This document shows, one piece after another, positions 21,053 through 30,404 of a stretch of 64,000 bases of DNA. Below the pieces are notes generated by a model. It was not told the DNA's origin. It saw only the letters and a list, made by a program, of their open reading frames with translations, and ran no database searches. The translations under genes were made by a program, and so were the position numbers. Within the stretch, counting starts at the first letter, position 1, and each line of letters starts with the position of its first letter. Source of the stretch: Vulcanimicrobiota bacterium (GTDB taxonomy: Bacteria; Vulcanimicrobiota; Vulcanimicrobiia; Vulcanimicrobiales; Vulcanimicrobiaceae); assembly GCA_963812155.1 (NCBI GenBank), contig CAWETW010000003.1, forward strand, positions 1,216,001 through 1,280,000, written 5' to 3'.

Positions 21053-22036
21053 ATGGCACGCTCGGTCGCGCACACGGTTTTCAACCATCCGGTCCATTCG
21101 CTCGATTTCGTCAAGGTCACCGAAAGCGCGGCGCTGGCTGCGTCGCGCTGGATGGGCCGCGGCGAGCGCGACGCTGCCGACGGTGCCGCAGTCGAAAAAA
21201 TGCGCGAGGCATTGGGCGAGATGGAGATCACCGGACGCATCGTTATCGGCGAAGGCGAGCGCGACGAGGCGCCGATGCTCTTCATCGGCGAGGAAGTCGG
21301 CTGCGGCGGCGAAGAAGTCGATATTGCCGTCGATCCGGTCGAAGGCACGAATCTGGTTGCAAACGGGCTTCCGAACTCGATTGCCGTGATGGCGATATCC
21401 GAACGCGGCGGCTTGCTGCACGCGCCCGATTCGTACATGAAAAAACTCGCGGTTGGTCCGAAAGCCGCTCCCTTCGTGCACATCGACGCGCCGGTGGCCG
21501 AGAATCTCGAGGCCGTCGCCAACGCACTCGAGAAACCGATCAACGACGTCTGCGTCGTAATTCTCGATCGTCCGCGGCACGCGGCATTGATCCACGAAGT
21601 CCGGACGGCGGGCGCGCGCATTCGGCTCATTTCCGACGGTGACGTGGATGCGTGCATCGCTACGGCGATCGATTCCACCGGCATTCACGTCGCGATGGGC
21701 ACCGGAGGAGCGCCCGAAGGCGTGCTCGCCGCGGCCGCCATCAAATGCTTGGGCGGCAACTTCATGGGCCGGCTGGAGCCGCGCAATCAAGAGGAAGCCG
21801 ATCGAGCGATTGCAATGGGTTTCGGGGAACTGGATCGCGTCCTACAGATCGACGATCTGGTCAAGAGCGACAACGTTATCTTCTGCGCGACCGGCATTAC
21901 CGACGGGGATTTAGTACGGGGCGTGCGCTTTTACGGCAACCAGGCGCGAACCCACTCGATCCACGTGCATTCGGTCGGTACGGTGCGTTTCATCGAATCG
22001 ATCCACCGGCTCGGCGCCCGCCCGCACGGACGATAG
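21053..22036 (+). CDS. glpX: class II fructose-1,6-bisphosphatase
   Basis: VIGEGERDEAPML, DIAVDPVEGT, ISDGDV, GGAPEGVLAA, ATGITDG. Confidence 0.96.
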   Translation: MARSVAHTVFNHPVHSLDFVKVTESAALAASRWMGRGERDAADGAAVEKMREALGEMEITGRIVIGEGERDEAPMLFIGEEVGCGGEEVDIAVDPVEGTNLVANGLPNSIAVMAISERGGLLHAPDSYMKKLAVGPKAAPFVHIDAPVAENLEAVANALEKPINDVCVVILDRPRHAALIHEVRTAGARIRLISDGDVDACIATAIDSTGIHVAMGTGGAPEGVLAAAAIKCLGGNFMGRLEPRNQEEADRAIAMGFGELDRVLQIDDLVKSDNVIFCATGITDGDLVRGVRFYGNQARTHSIHVHSVGTVRFIESIHRLGARPHGR

Positions 22037-22049
22037 GTTCCGAACGGAA

Positions 22050-23486
22050 ATGATCCGCCACGCGCACGAAGTCGTGGTCGTCGGCGCGGGTTCGGGCGGG
22101 TACGCGGCGGCCCGTACGGCACGCGATTTCGGCTGCGACGTTGCACTGGTCGACGCAGGACCGCTCGGGGGTCTTTGCATTTTGCGCGGATGCATGCCGA
22201 GCAAGGCGCTGTTGGCGTCGAGCGACGCGCTGCAGGACGCGCGCGACGCGGGTGCGCTCGGAATTCGCATTCCATCGGCGACCGTCGACATGCCGTTCGT
22301 CGCCGCCCGCAAACGCGCGCTCGTGAAGGATTTCGCCGATTACCGCATTGACGGCATCCACGAGTTTCCGCTGTATCTTGGAGCCGCGCGCTTTCTATCG
22401 CCGGTTGAGTTGGCGGTCGGCGACGGCGTGGTGCTCGAGTCGGAGCGATTCATCATCGCGACCGGAAGCACCGTCGCGCCAAGCCTGTTGCCCGGTTTAG
22501 CGGAAACCGGATTCGTCGACAGCGACGGCGTGCTCGAGTTCGAGCGCGCTCCCGAGTCGGCAATCGTGCTCGGCGGCGGGTACACGGCCTGCGAACTCGG
22601 CCAGTTTTTGGCGCGCGTGGGGACGAAGACGACAATGCTGATTCGCAGCGGCCACCTGCTGACCGAGACCGACGACGACGTCGGCGACGCGCTGACCGGA
22701 TATCTTCGCGAAGAAGGCATCGACGTCGAGACGCGCACGACGTTGATTGCGGCGGAGCGGCGCGACGCGCAGAAGGCCGTGCGATTCCTGCACGACGGGA
22801 CGGAACGCGAGGTTGCGGCCGAGGAGATTTTCTACGCGCTAGGGCGCACGCCGAACGTGGCGGGGCTCGGGCTCGAACGCGCGGGCGTCGCCCTTGGCCC
22901 GGGCGGCGGCATCGCCGTCGACGCGACGCTGCGCACCAGCAATCCGCAGATCTTCGCCGCCGGCGACGTCACCGGCGAGTACATGCTGGTCCACGTCGCC
23001 ATCTATCAAGGTGAAATTGCGTCGCGCAACTCGTGCTTGCAGGGAAGCGAACGCGCCGACTACCGGCTCGTGTCGGCGCATACGGTCTTCACCGATCCGC
23101 AGATTGCGGCCGTCGGGGCGAGCGAGAAGGATCTGCGCGCGGCGGGAACGCGTTACGTCGTCGGCCGATACGACTTCGCCGACCACGGCAAAGCGCAGTG
23201 TCTCGCAAAGACGAAGGGTTTCGTGAAGATGATGGCCGATCCCGAGAGCGGCCGCATCCTCGGGGCGGCGGTCATCGGCCCTCAAGGCTCGGAGTTGATT
23301 CACGAAGTCATCGTCGCGATGAACTACGACGCAACCGTCGTCGACTTCATGCGCATTCCGCATCTGCATCCGACGCTTGCCGAGATCTGGACGTATCCAG
23401 CCGAGATGTGTGCGGCGCAGCTGGGGATGCGAATCCCCGGCGACGAGCAAATGGAGGTTGCAACGAGCGTCGATGGCCGCCGTTGA
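22050..23486 (+). CDS. dihydrolipoamide dehydrogenase-like pyridine nucleotide-disulfide oxidoreductase
   Basis: GAGSGG, CILRGCMPSK redox disulfide, GDVTG, C-terminal HPTLAE. Confidence 0.9.
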   Translation: MIRHAHEVVVVGAGSGGYAAARTARDFGCDVALVDAGPLGGLCILRGCMPSKALLASSDALQDARDAGALGIRIPSATVDMPFVAARKRALVKDFADYRIDGIHEFPLYLGAARFLSPVELAVGDGVVLESERFIIATGSTVAPSLLPGLAETGFVDSDGVLEFERAPESAIVLGGGYTACELGQFLARVGTKTTMLIRSGHLLTETDDDVGDALTGYLREEGIDVETRTTLIAAERRDAQKAVRFLHDGTEREVAAEEIFYALGRTPNVAGLGLERAGVALGPGGGIAVDATLRTSNPQIFAAGDVTGEYMLVHVAIYQGEIASRNSCLQGSERADYRLVSAHTVFTDPQIAAVGASEKDLRAAGTRYVVGRYDFADHGKAQCLAKTKGFVKMMADPESGRILGAAVIGPQGSELIHEVIVAMNYDATVVDFMRIPHLHPTLAEIWTYPAEMCAAQLGMRIPGDEQMEVATSVDGRR

Positions 23487-24387
23487 GGCGGAGGGCCGGC
23501 GGTCGCGCGTCGCCGTCGCGATCGTGCAGACCAAGCCGGCCAAAGGACGCTACGAGGAGAACCTGCGCAACGCAGGCGAGGCGTTCGCCGCGCTCGGCCG
23601 GCGCACCGAACTCGTCGTCTTTCCCGAAGCGGCGTTTACCGGATACTTTCTCGAAGGCGCCGTCTACGATTTGGCGTTGAGCGCGCCGCGCTTTGCCAGC
23701 GATCTCGCGCGAACCTGGCGCAGCGCGCGCGGCGGCGACGAGGTCGACATCGTTGCGGGTTTCTACGAGAACGACGGCGGCACGTATTACAACTCGGCGC
23801 TGTATTTGCACGTGGCGCACGACGCGGAGCGCATCCTGCACGTCCACCGCAAGCTGTTCCTACCAACCTACGGCGTTTTCGACGAGGAGCGCTTCCTCTC
23901 ACGCGGGCGAAAAGTCGGAACCTTCGAAACGCGCTTCGGCCGAATGGCGATGCTCGTCTGCGAAGATGCATGGCACGCGATCGTGCCGACGATTGCCGCC
24001 GTGAAGGGCGCGCGCATTCTCTTGGTCCCGGCTGCGTCGCCCGGCCGCGGTATCGACGGCCACGGAGAACTCGCAAGCGTCACGCGCTGGCGCCAGATTC
24101 TGAGCGCAACCGCGGTCGAGCACGGCATCTTCGTTCTCTACGCGGGCTTGACCGGATTCGAAGGCGGCAAGGGCTTGAGCGGGACGTCGTGTGCGATCGA
24201 TCCCCGCGGCAACGTGTTGGTGGAGGCTCCGTCGACCCAAGCATGCATCCTCCGCGCCGAGCTCGATCTGCGCGAGATCGATCTCGCGCGCGCAAGCCTG
24301 CCGCTGCTCGGCGATTTGGAGGCCGTATTGCCGGACCTCATTCTCGACGAGGAGCTGCCCGTTTCGCGTGGTTTAGGAACGCCGTAA
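23473..24387 (+). CDS. nitrilase-family amidohydrolase, probable glutaminase subunit for NAD synthetase
   Basis: FPE / HRKLFLPTYGVFDEERF / VCEDAW (E-K-C triad); 1 nt upstream of nadE. Confidence 0.88.
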   Translation: MAAVEAEGRRSRVAVAIVQTKPAKGRYEENLRNAGEAFAALGRRTELVVFPEAAFTGYFLEGAVYDLALSAPRFASDLARTWRSARGGDEVDIVAGFYENDGGTYYNSALYLHVAHDAERILHVHRKLFLPTYGVFDEERFLSRGRKVGTFETRFGRMAMLVCEDAWHAIVPTIAAVKGARILLVPAASPGRGIDGHGELASVTRWRQILSATAVEHGIFVLYAGLTGFEGGKGLSGTSCAIDPRGNVLVEAPSTQACILRAELDLREIDLARASLPLLGDLEAVLPDLILDEELPVSRGLGTP

Positions 24388-24388
24388 G

Positions 24389-25240
24389 GTGACGTTCTCG
24401 ATCGTCGACGCGCCGTCGCCGTCGCCGCGCCCGCCGGCCATCGACTGCGCGGTGACCGCGGAGTGGCTTACGGCGTTTCTGCGAGACGAACTGCGATTTC
24501 GTCGCAACATCGAGCGGGCGGTCGTAGGATTGTCGGGCGGCGTCGATTCGGCCGTCACCGCCTATTTGTGCGCGCGAGCCCTGGGTCCCGAAAACGTCTA
24601 TGCCATCCGGCTGCCGTACGCAACGTCGAGCCCTGCAAGTCTCGCCGACGCGCAACTCGTCGTCGACGACCTCCGCATTCACTGTCGCACGATCGACATC
24701 AGCGCCGCGGTCGACGGCTATCTGCAGTACGAGCCGGATGCCGGAGCGCGCCGGCGCGGAAACGTCATGGCGCGGACGCGCATGGTCGTGCTCTTCGATC
24801 AGTCGGCAAAACTCGACGCGTTGCCCGTCGGAACCGGCAACAAGACGGAGCGGCTGCTGGGCTATTTCACGTGGCACGCCGACGATACGCCGCCGGTCAA
24901 TCCCATCGGCGACCTCTTCAAGACGCAAGTATGGGCGCTGGCGCGCTACCTGGGCGTTCCGCAAACGCTCGTCGACAAAGCGCCGAGCGCCGATCTCGAA
25001 GCGGGCCAAACCGACGAGGCCGACCTCGGCATCACCTACGCGCGCGCCGACGCGCTGCTCTCGGAACTGCTGCTGGGTTACAGCGACGCGCAGCTCGCCG
25101 AACGCGGCTTCTCCGCCGATGAAGTCGCGCTCGTGCGCCGCCGCGTCGACGCGACCCACTGGAAGCGGCATCTGCCGACGACCGCGATGCTCACGAATAC
25201 TGCCATCAACGAATTTTACTTACGTCCCGTCGATTACTAA
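24389..25240 (+). CDS. nadE: NAD+ synthetase (synthetase domain only)
   Basis: VGLSGGVDS, GNVMARTRM, GTGNKTE..GYFT, PIGDLFKTQV, KAPSADL..GQTDEADLG. Confidence 0.96.
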   Translation: MTFSIVDAPSPSPRPPAIDCAVTAEWLTAFLRDELRFRRNIERAVVGLSGGVDSAVTAYLCARALGPENVYAIRLPYATSSPASLADAQLVVDDLRIHCRTIDISAAVDGYLQYEPDAGARRRGNVMARTRMVVLFDQSAKLDALPVGTGNKTERLLGYFTWHADDTPPVNPIGDLFKTQVWALARYLGVPQTLVDKAPSADLEAGQTDEADLGITYARADALLSELLLGYSDAQLAERGFSADEVALVRRRVDATHWKRHLPTTAMLTNTAINEFYLRPVDY

Positions 25241-25249
25241 GGCAAGAAC

Positions 25250-25828
25250 GTGCGCAAGCCTTTTTTCCCGGTAAGTTTGAATCTCGACGGGCGATTGTGC
25301 GTGGTCGTAGGAGAAGCGTCCGATCGCGAAGCGGTGGAGAAGGCTGCGGCGCTCGAAGAAGCGGGGGCCGCCGTGCGGCGCATCACCGATCTACGGAACG
25401 TGCGCGACGAAGACGTGGCCGATGCGTTCTTCGTCATCTCGACGCCGCAGGACGAGGCGCTTTCGGCCCGGATGCGCGCGCTCGCCGACCGGCACGGATT
25501 CTTACTGTGCTGCATCGACCAGCCGGCGCACGGGTTCGTCGCAATGGCTGCGATCGCGAAGGCCGGCCCGGTGCGCGTCGCGATCTCCACGACCGGATTG
25601 GCGCCGCGCGTCGGAAAAATACTGAAGCAGGCGCTGCAGAAGGCGTTGGACGCCCGCTTCGCGCGGTTCGTGGAACGCTTGGCCCGGATGCGCGAGACGG
25701 AACGCGAACGGCATCCGCGACCGGAAGAGGCGCCCCTGCGCCGGCGCGCGATGATCGAAGCCGCCGACGGGTTTTCCGCGGACGTGCGCTTTGCATACCC
25801 CGAATGGTTCGACGATGGCGAGCGTTGA
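25250..25828 (+). CDS. precorrin-2 dehydrogenase/ferrochelatase-like protein (SirC/CysG N-terminal), degenerate Rossmann motif
   Basis: FFPVSLNLDGRLCVVVG, CIDQP..FV, VRVAISTTGLAP. Confidence 0.75.
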   Translation: MRKPFFPVSLNLDGRLCVVVGEASDREAVEKAAALEEAGAAVRRITDLRNVRDEDVADAFFVISTPQDEALSARMRALADRHGFLLCCIDQPAHGFVAMAAIAKAGPVRVAISTTGLAPRVGKILKQALQKALDARFARFVERLARMRETERERHPRPEEAPLRRRAMIEAADGFSADVRFAYPEWFDDGER

Positions 25829-27077
25829 ACTCGTTGCGGTCGGGACCGAACTGCTGTTGGGTCAGTTGACCGATACGAACACGCCGCATATCGAACGGCG
25901 GCTCGCGGAGATCGGCGTCGACGTTCGGGGAACGCATGCGGTCGGCGATAATCGCGAACGCATCGCGGAGACGATCCGCAGCGTGCTCGATCGCCGCGAC
26001 GGTGCGATCGTCACCGGCGGACTCGGGCCGACCGTCGACGACCTCACGAAGGAGGCCGTGTGCGACGCGCTCGGTACCGGGACGGAACTCTACGAGCCGG
26101 CGCTGCGGCAGATGGAGGCGTTCTTTGCGCAGATCGGTCGCGAGATGCGGCCGAACAACCGCAAACAGGCCGAACTCCCGCGCGGGAGCTTGCCGTTGGA
26201 GAATCCCTTCGGCACCGCTCCGGGCTTTGTCGCGTTTTCCGCCGGAGGGGGATTCGTGGCGTGCATGCCGGGCGTTCCTCACGAGATGAAACCGATGCTC
26301 GCGAACGCGCTGGTGCCGTTCTTGGTGCAACGCTTCGGGCTGCGCGACGGCATCTACACGCGCGTGCTGCACACGATCGGCATCGGGGAGTCGGAGATCG
26401 ACCATCGCATTGACGACCTGTTTCGCGCGTCTGAAAATCCGAAGCTCGCGGTGCTCGCGCACGGCTCGCGCGCCGACGTCAAGATCATGGCGAAGAGTGC
26501 GAGCGCCGCGCAAGCGCGAGCAATGATCGCGCCGCTGGAGACCGAAATCGAGCGCCGGTTGGAAGGATACGTTTACGGCGCCGACGAGGCGACGATCGAG
26601 TCGGCCGTGCTTGCGTTGTTGCGCGAGCGCGCGTGGACGGCCGCGACGGCGGAGTCGTGTACCGGGGGGCGCATCGCAGCGGCGCTCACGCGGGTGGCGG
26701 GAGCGTCGCAGAGTTTTGCCGGAGGAATCGTCGCTTACGACGACGCGGTCAAGATATCGTCGCTCGGCGTCGACGCACCGTTAATCGCGCACGACGGCGC
26801 GGTGAGCGAAAACGTGGCGCTGGCAATGGCACGCGGAGCGCGCGCGCGGCTGAAGGCCGACGTCGCGCTGTCCACGACCGGCATCGCCGGGCCGAGCGGC
26901 GGATCGGCAGAAAAACCGGTCGGGCTCGTCTACGTTGCCATCGACGACGCAAACGGAAACTCGCGCGCGTGGCACGTGCAGCTGCGTGGAGACCGCGAGA
27001 CGATCCAGTCACGCGCGACTACCTACGCGCTCGGATTGCTCTGGCGCCGGCTTCGCAGCGTTACCGAAGCGTTATGA
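25815..27077 (+). CDS. cinA: competence/damage-inducible protein A (NMN deamidase)
   Basis: VGTELLLGQLTDTN, TGGLGPTVDDLTK, AESCTGG, GAVS, TGIAGPSGG. Confidence 0.95.
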   Translation: MASVELVAVGTELLLGQLTDTNTPHIERRLAEIGVDVRGTHAVGDNRERIAETIRSVLDRRDGAIVTGGLGPTVDDLTKEAVCDALGTGTELYEPALRQMEAFFAQIGREMRPNNRKQAELPRGSLPLENPFGTAPGFVAFSAGGGFVACMPGVPHEMKPMLANALVPFLVQRFGLRDGIYTRVLHTIGIGESEIDHRIDDLFRASENPKLAVLAHGSRADVKIMAKSASAAQARAMIAPLETEIERRLEGYVYGADEATIESAVLALLRERAWTAATAESCTGGRIAAALTRVAGASQSFAGGIVAYDDAVKISSLGVDAPLIAHDGAVSENVALAMARGARARLKADVALSTTGIAGPSGGSAEKPVGLVYVAIDDANGNSRAWHVQLRGDRETIQSRATTYALGLLWRRLRSVTEAL

Positions 27078-27614
27078 GAACTCCAAGCGACGAGGAAGCA
27101 GCGCCGCTGCTTCCGCAACGGCTGGGTGGCGAACGGAAAGCGTTTCCGGCGTTCCTTTAAGCTGTAGACCCTTCTTGTTCCATAAACCGATGCTTTGCCA
27201 TCGCGACTCATAGCGTGACCACCAGGCGATGCCGATCCATCGGCGCGTTTGGTAGATTCGTTCCGACCACGTTTGCGAGATGCTGCGATCCCGCGTTACG
27301 ACCGCCGAGGGAGCCAGGTCGTAGGTCAGAAGCGCAGCGGCGCAGTCGAGATCGCAAATCGAACTTCGATCCGAGAAGGTAAATGCTGCCAGAGCGTATG
27401 GCCGGTCGCGACCTGCAAAAAGCGCCGGCCGCCAGGTGTCGAGCCGGCCGAAAGCCTCGCTTATGGCTCCCGCGGCGGTCGTGCTGAGATAAAGCTCGTG
27501 ATAGATGTCCGGGTTTCCGATGCGACCGAGACCGGATCGCGGTGCGAACATAGGGCCGCCCGGTTCGGACGTCCGCGCGCTGGAGTCATACGGAAATACT
27601 CGGTAAAGCGTCAT
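27072..27614 (-). CDS. RES-domain toxin
   Basis: GRIGNP (R), LYLS..AISEAF (E), WWSR (S); ATGA-coupled to upstream antitoxin. Confidence 0.8.
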   Translation of the reverse strand: MTLYRVFPYDSSARTSEPGGPMFAPRSGLGRIGNPDIYHELYLSTTAAGAISEAFGRLDTWRPALFAGRDRPYALAAFTFSDRSSICDLDCAAALLTYDLAPSAVVTRDRSISQTWSERIYQTRRWIGIAWWSRYESRWQSIGLWNKKGLQLKGTPETLSVRHPAVAEAAALLPRRLEFS

Positions 27615-27997
27615 GCATAAGCACCCGCTTCGATCGCGTCAAGGGCCTCGATCAACGGCGCCGAGCCGCGTTGCGCGAGGACGTCGATCGGTCGCGCCTG
27701 GTTGAGAAACGGCTCGTGTCCGACAAGCCAATCCGTTACGACTTCGGCCGGAAAGACGAGCAGAGCCCGCGCCAGGACGCCGTGCAGATCGAGAATGCGG
27801 CGCGTCATCTTCGCGCTGATCTTCCCGCCGCGCTTCCACCGCGTGACCATCGCAGCATCAACGTCGAGTAGGCGCGCGACGGGATTGTGACCGTATGCTG
27901 CGATCATTTGCAGCAAAAGCGGATGAAGGTCCGTGAGTGCCTGCGGATTATTTGGCGCAACAAAGGGATCGATCGTAGGACTCCAGCGCGCATCCAT
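27611..27997 (-). CDS. Xre/MbcA/ParS-type antitoxin
   Basis: HTH VARLLDVDAAMVTRWKRG; C-terminal WLVGHEPFLNQARPIDVL..GAYA. Confidence 0.85.
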   Translation of the reverse strand: MDARWSPTIDPFVAPNNPQALTDLHPLLLQMIAAYGHNPVARLLDVDAAMVTRWKRGGKISAKMTRRILDLHGVLARALLVFPAEVVTDWLVGHEPFLNQARPIDVLAQRGSAPLIEALDAIEAGAYA

Positions 27998-28003
27998 ACG
28001 CTA

Positions 28004-28047
28004 AGCATAAATCGCCCGCGCCGGCGACGTCAACGGTTTTTGTTGAC
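28004..28047 (-). promoter_or_regulatory. sigma70-type promoter of the TA operon with inverted repeat over -35
   Basis: Minus strand TTGACG-N18-TATGCT-N6-ATG; GTCAAC-N7-GTTGAC palindrome at 28029-28047. Confidence 0.65.
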
Positions 28048-28049
28048 TA

Positions 28050-29096
28050 CTAAGTCTTCGGAAGCGTCGGGGTAGCGTAGCCGATCGCTTCCAGCACGCG
28101 TTGCGTTGCGAGCGCCTCTTCAAACGTAGGAAGCGCGTTAGGCCGTCCTTCGATGGCGTCAACGAATTCGTCGTACAACTCCATCAGGAGCGGCACGTTT
28201 CCGTTGATCGAGCCGAAGCGCGCGTACGGCGAGGGCTTGCATTCCAGTTCGCTCGTCTCTTCCGGGTCGATCGAGAAGAGGGTCAACTCCACGATATTGG
28301 GTCCGCTGGCGACGGCAGTACGGTCTTCGCCGTGCACTGCACATGTGTACCCTTCCGCTGACGTTGTACCGTCGACGGTCAACCGGCCGACGAACCCGTC
28401 GCCGTATTCGAGCAACGCGAATGCGCCGTCGTCCACCGTGGAAACGAACTCGCCGGCGTCGTCGCGGCGCCGGTGGTTGGCGGCGCGCGTGAATCCGACT
28501 GCGCGTTGCGGGGCACGGCCGGCGAGCCAATCGGCGTGATCGACGATGTGCGACATCATCGCGCCGGCCAAGCCGCCTCCGCGCTCGCGCTCGAACCACC
28601 AACCCCGGCGGCGCGTCTCGTGGCGGTGAAGCATGCGCCGCAAAAGGCTAATCTCGATGTTCCGGAGCGGATCGAGATGATGGTTGTCGACGAGTTCCTT
28701 GAGCGCGCGCGCCTGCGGGGTGAATCGAAACTCGTGCACGATCCCGCAGGCCGTTCCCGCGTGGGCCGCGGCCTCGACCATGCGCTCCGCCGACTCGACG
28801 TTGAGGGCGAAGGGTTTTTCGCAGAGGACGTGTTTTTCGCGTTCGAGCGATGCGAGGACGTCGTGCACGTGCGAGAACGGCGGCGATGCCACCAGGACGG
28901 CGTCGAGCTCGCAGCCGGCGAGCATTTCGTCGCACGAACGAAATGCGTGCGGAATCGTCCCCTCGGCGGCGTGCCGCGCGGCGCTCGACGGCGATGCCAG
29001 CGCGACGACGTCGAAGCGCGGATGGGCCCGCAGCGCCGGCAGATGCGAACTGACGCCGAACCCTGCGCCGACGATACCCACGCGAATCGGATCCAT
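28050..29096 (-). CDS. Gfo/Idh/MocA family oxidoreductase
   Basis: RVGIVGAGFG, KHVLCEKPFA, GGGLAGAMMSHIVD. Confidence 0.92.
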   Translation of the reverse strand: MDPIRVGIVGAGFGVSSHLPALRAHPRFDVVALASPSSAARHAAEGTIPHAFRSCDEMLAGCELDAVLVASPPFSHVHDVLASLEREKHVLCEKPFALNVESAERMVEAAAHAGTACGIVHEFRFTPQARALKELVDNHHLDPLRNIEISLLRRMLHRHETRRRGWWFERERGGGLAGAMMSHIVDHADWLAGRAPQRAVGFTRAANHRRRDDAGEFVSTVDDGAFALLEYGDGFVGRLTVDGTTSAEGYTCAVHGEDRTAVASGPNIVELTLFSIDPEETSELECKPSPYARFGSINGNVPLLMELYDEFVDAIEGRPNALPTFEEALATQRVLEAIGYATPTLPKT

Positions 29097-29105
29097 CGTC
29101 CGCTC

Positions 29106-30404
29106 CTACTCGGCCGCGCCGGCCGCGGCCTCCAGGAGATCCAGTCCGCGCGACAGCTGCGTTTGCGTGATGACGAGCGGAGGCGAGATCGAAATGGCGT
29201 CCCCGCGCGTGCCCGATTGCAACAGAATGAGACCGCGCTGCAACGCGCCTCTGACCACGCCTTGCGCGGTTGCAGCGTCGCGAAACTGCACGGCCCATAG
29301 GAGCCCGCGCCCGCGCACTTCGCGGACGAGGCGCCGCGAACGAACGTCTTCCAGGCGCGTGCGAAGGTACGGCTCGAAGGCGGCGGCTCGCGCGACGAGA
29401 TCGAGCCGCTCGATCTCCTCGATGGTCGCGAGCGCGGCTGCGCAGCCCATCGGGTTGCCGAGATACGTCGACGTATGCAGGGCTTCGCCGCGCGATACGG
29501 GCCACGCATCCATGATCGTTGCGCGCGCTATCGTCGCGCTGATCGGGAAGCCGGATCCCATGGCTTTTCCGATGCAGAGAATATCCGGCATTACCGCCTC
29601 GCGCTGCACGGCAAACCACGTGCCGGTCCGGCCGAAGCCGGTGAAGATTTCGTCGGCGATCAGCAGCGCGCCGATCTCGTCGCACAGCGCGCGCAGCGCG
29701 CGCAGGTATCCGTCGGGGGGGACGACGGCGCCGCCGCGCCCTTGAATCGGCTCGACGATGACGGCGGCGACGTCCCCAGCCGCGTGCAGCGAGGCGCGCG
29801 TATCCGCGATCGCCTCGCCGGCCGTGATGCCGCTTGCCGCATCCGGATAGTTTAACGGCACTGCCTCGGGGCCGAGCGCCCGAGCGAACGGACCCCGGAA
29901 CGTCTCGATTCCGCACAGCGGCAGCGTGCCGAGCGAAAGTCCGTGATACGCGCCGCGATACGCGGCAAAGCGCGCGCGGCCCGTCGCGAGCATCGCGGTC
30001 TTGAGGGCCGCTTCGACGGCTTCGGACCCCGTGGTAGCGAGAAATATTTTCCACGCAGCGCCGGGAAGCAACGCCGCAAGCCGTTCGAGCAGGCGCGCGC
30101 GCATTGCGGTTGGATGCACGTCGCCCATGCCGTGCGTCAGGCGTGCGGCTTGTTCGGCGATGGCCGCGGCAACGCGGCGATTCGCATGCCCCGCGTTGGC
30201 GACGCCAAACGCCGCGGTAAAATCGAGATACCGGTTTCCATCCACGTCGGTGACCGTCGCGCCCTCGGCGCAGTCCCAGAAAACCGGAAAGTCGTCGAAG
30301 AACGCGGTAACGTTCTGCGATTCGAATTGCCGCAGCAGGGCTCGATAGCGGTGCGATGCCGGACCGGGAACGGCGCCCGTCATGCAATCGAGATCGTCGC
30401 TCAC
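29106..30404 (-). CDS. class III PLP-dependent aminotransferase
   Basis: DVDGNRYLDF, TGSEAVE, EPIQGRGG, IADEIFTGFGRTG, PDILCIGKAMG; GTG overlaps luxC-like stop. Confidence 0.93.
   Translation of the reverse strand: MSDDLDCMTGAVPGPASHRYRALLRQFESQNVTAFFDDFPVFWDCAEGATVTDVDGNRYLDFTAAFGVANAGHANRRVAAAIAEQAARLTHGMGDVHPTAMRARLLERLAALLPGAAWKIFLATTGSEAVEAALKTAMLATGRARFAAYRGAYHGLSLGTLPLCGIETFRGPFARALGPEAVPLNYPDAASGITAGEAIADTRASLHAAGDVAAVIVEPIQGRGGAVVPPDGYLRALRALCDEIGALLIADEIFTGFGRTGTWFAVQREAVMPDILCIGKAMGSGFPISATIARATIMDAWPVSRGEALHTSTYLGNPMGCAAALATIEEIERLDLVARAAAFEPYLRTRLEDVRSRRLVREVRGRGLLWAVQFRDAATAQGVVRGALQRGLILLQSGTRGDAISISPPLVITQTQLSRGLDLLEAAAGAAE

Noticed and set aside
19478..21790. 770-aa ORF overlapping glpX antisense
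   Set aside because: The extension is the stop-free antisense shadow of glpX, typical of high-GC DNA; the real gene starts near 20998.
22050..23486. Mercuric reductase (merA)
   Set aside because: Has the redox CxxxxC but lacks the C-terminal Cys-Cys pair and ends with the HPTLAE motif of lipoamide dehydrogenase-like enzymes; no mer genes nearby.
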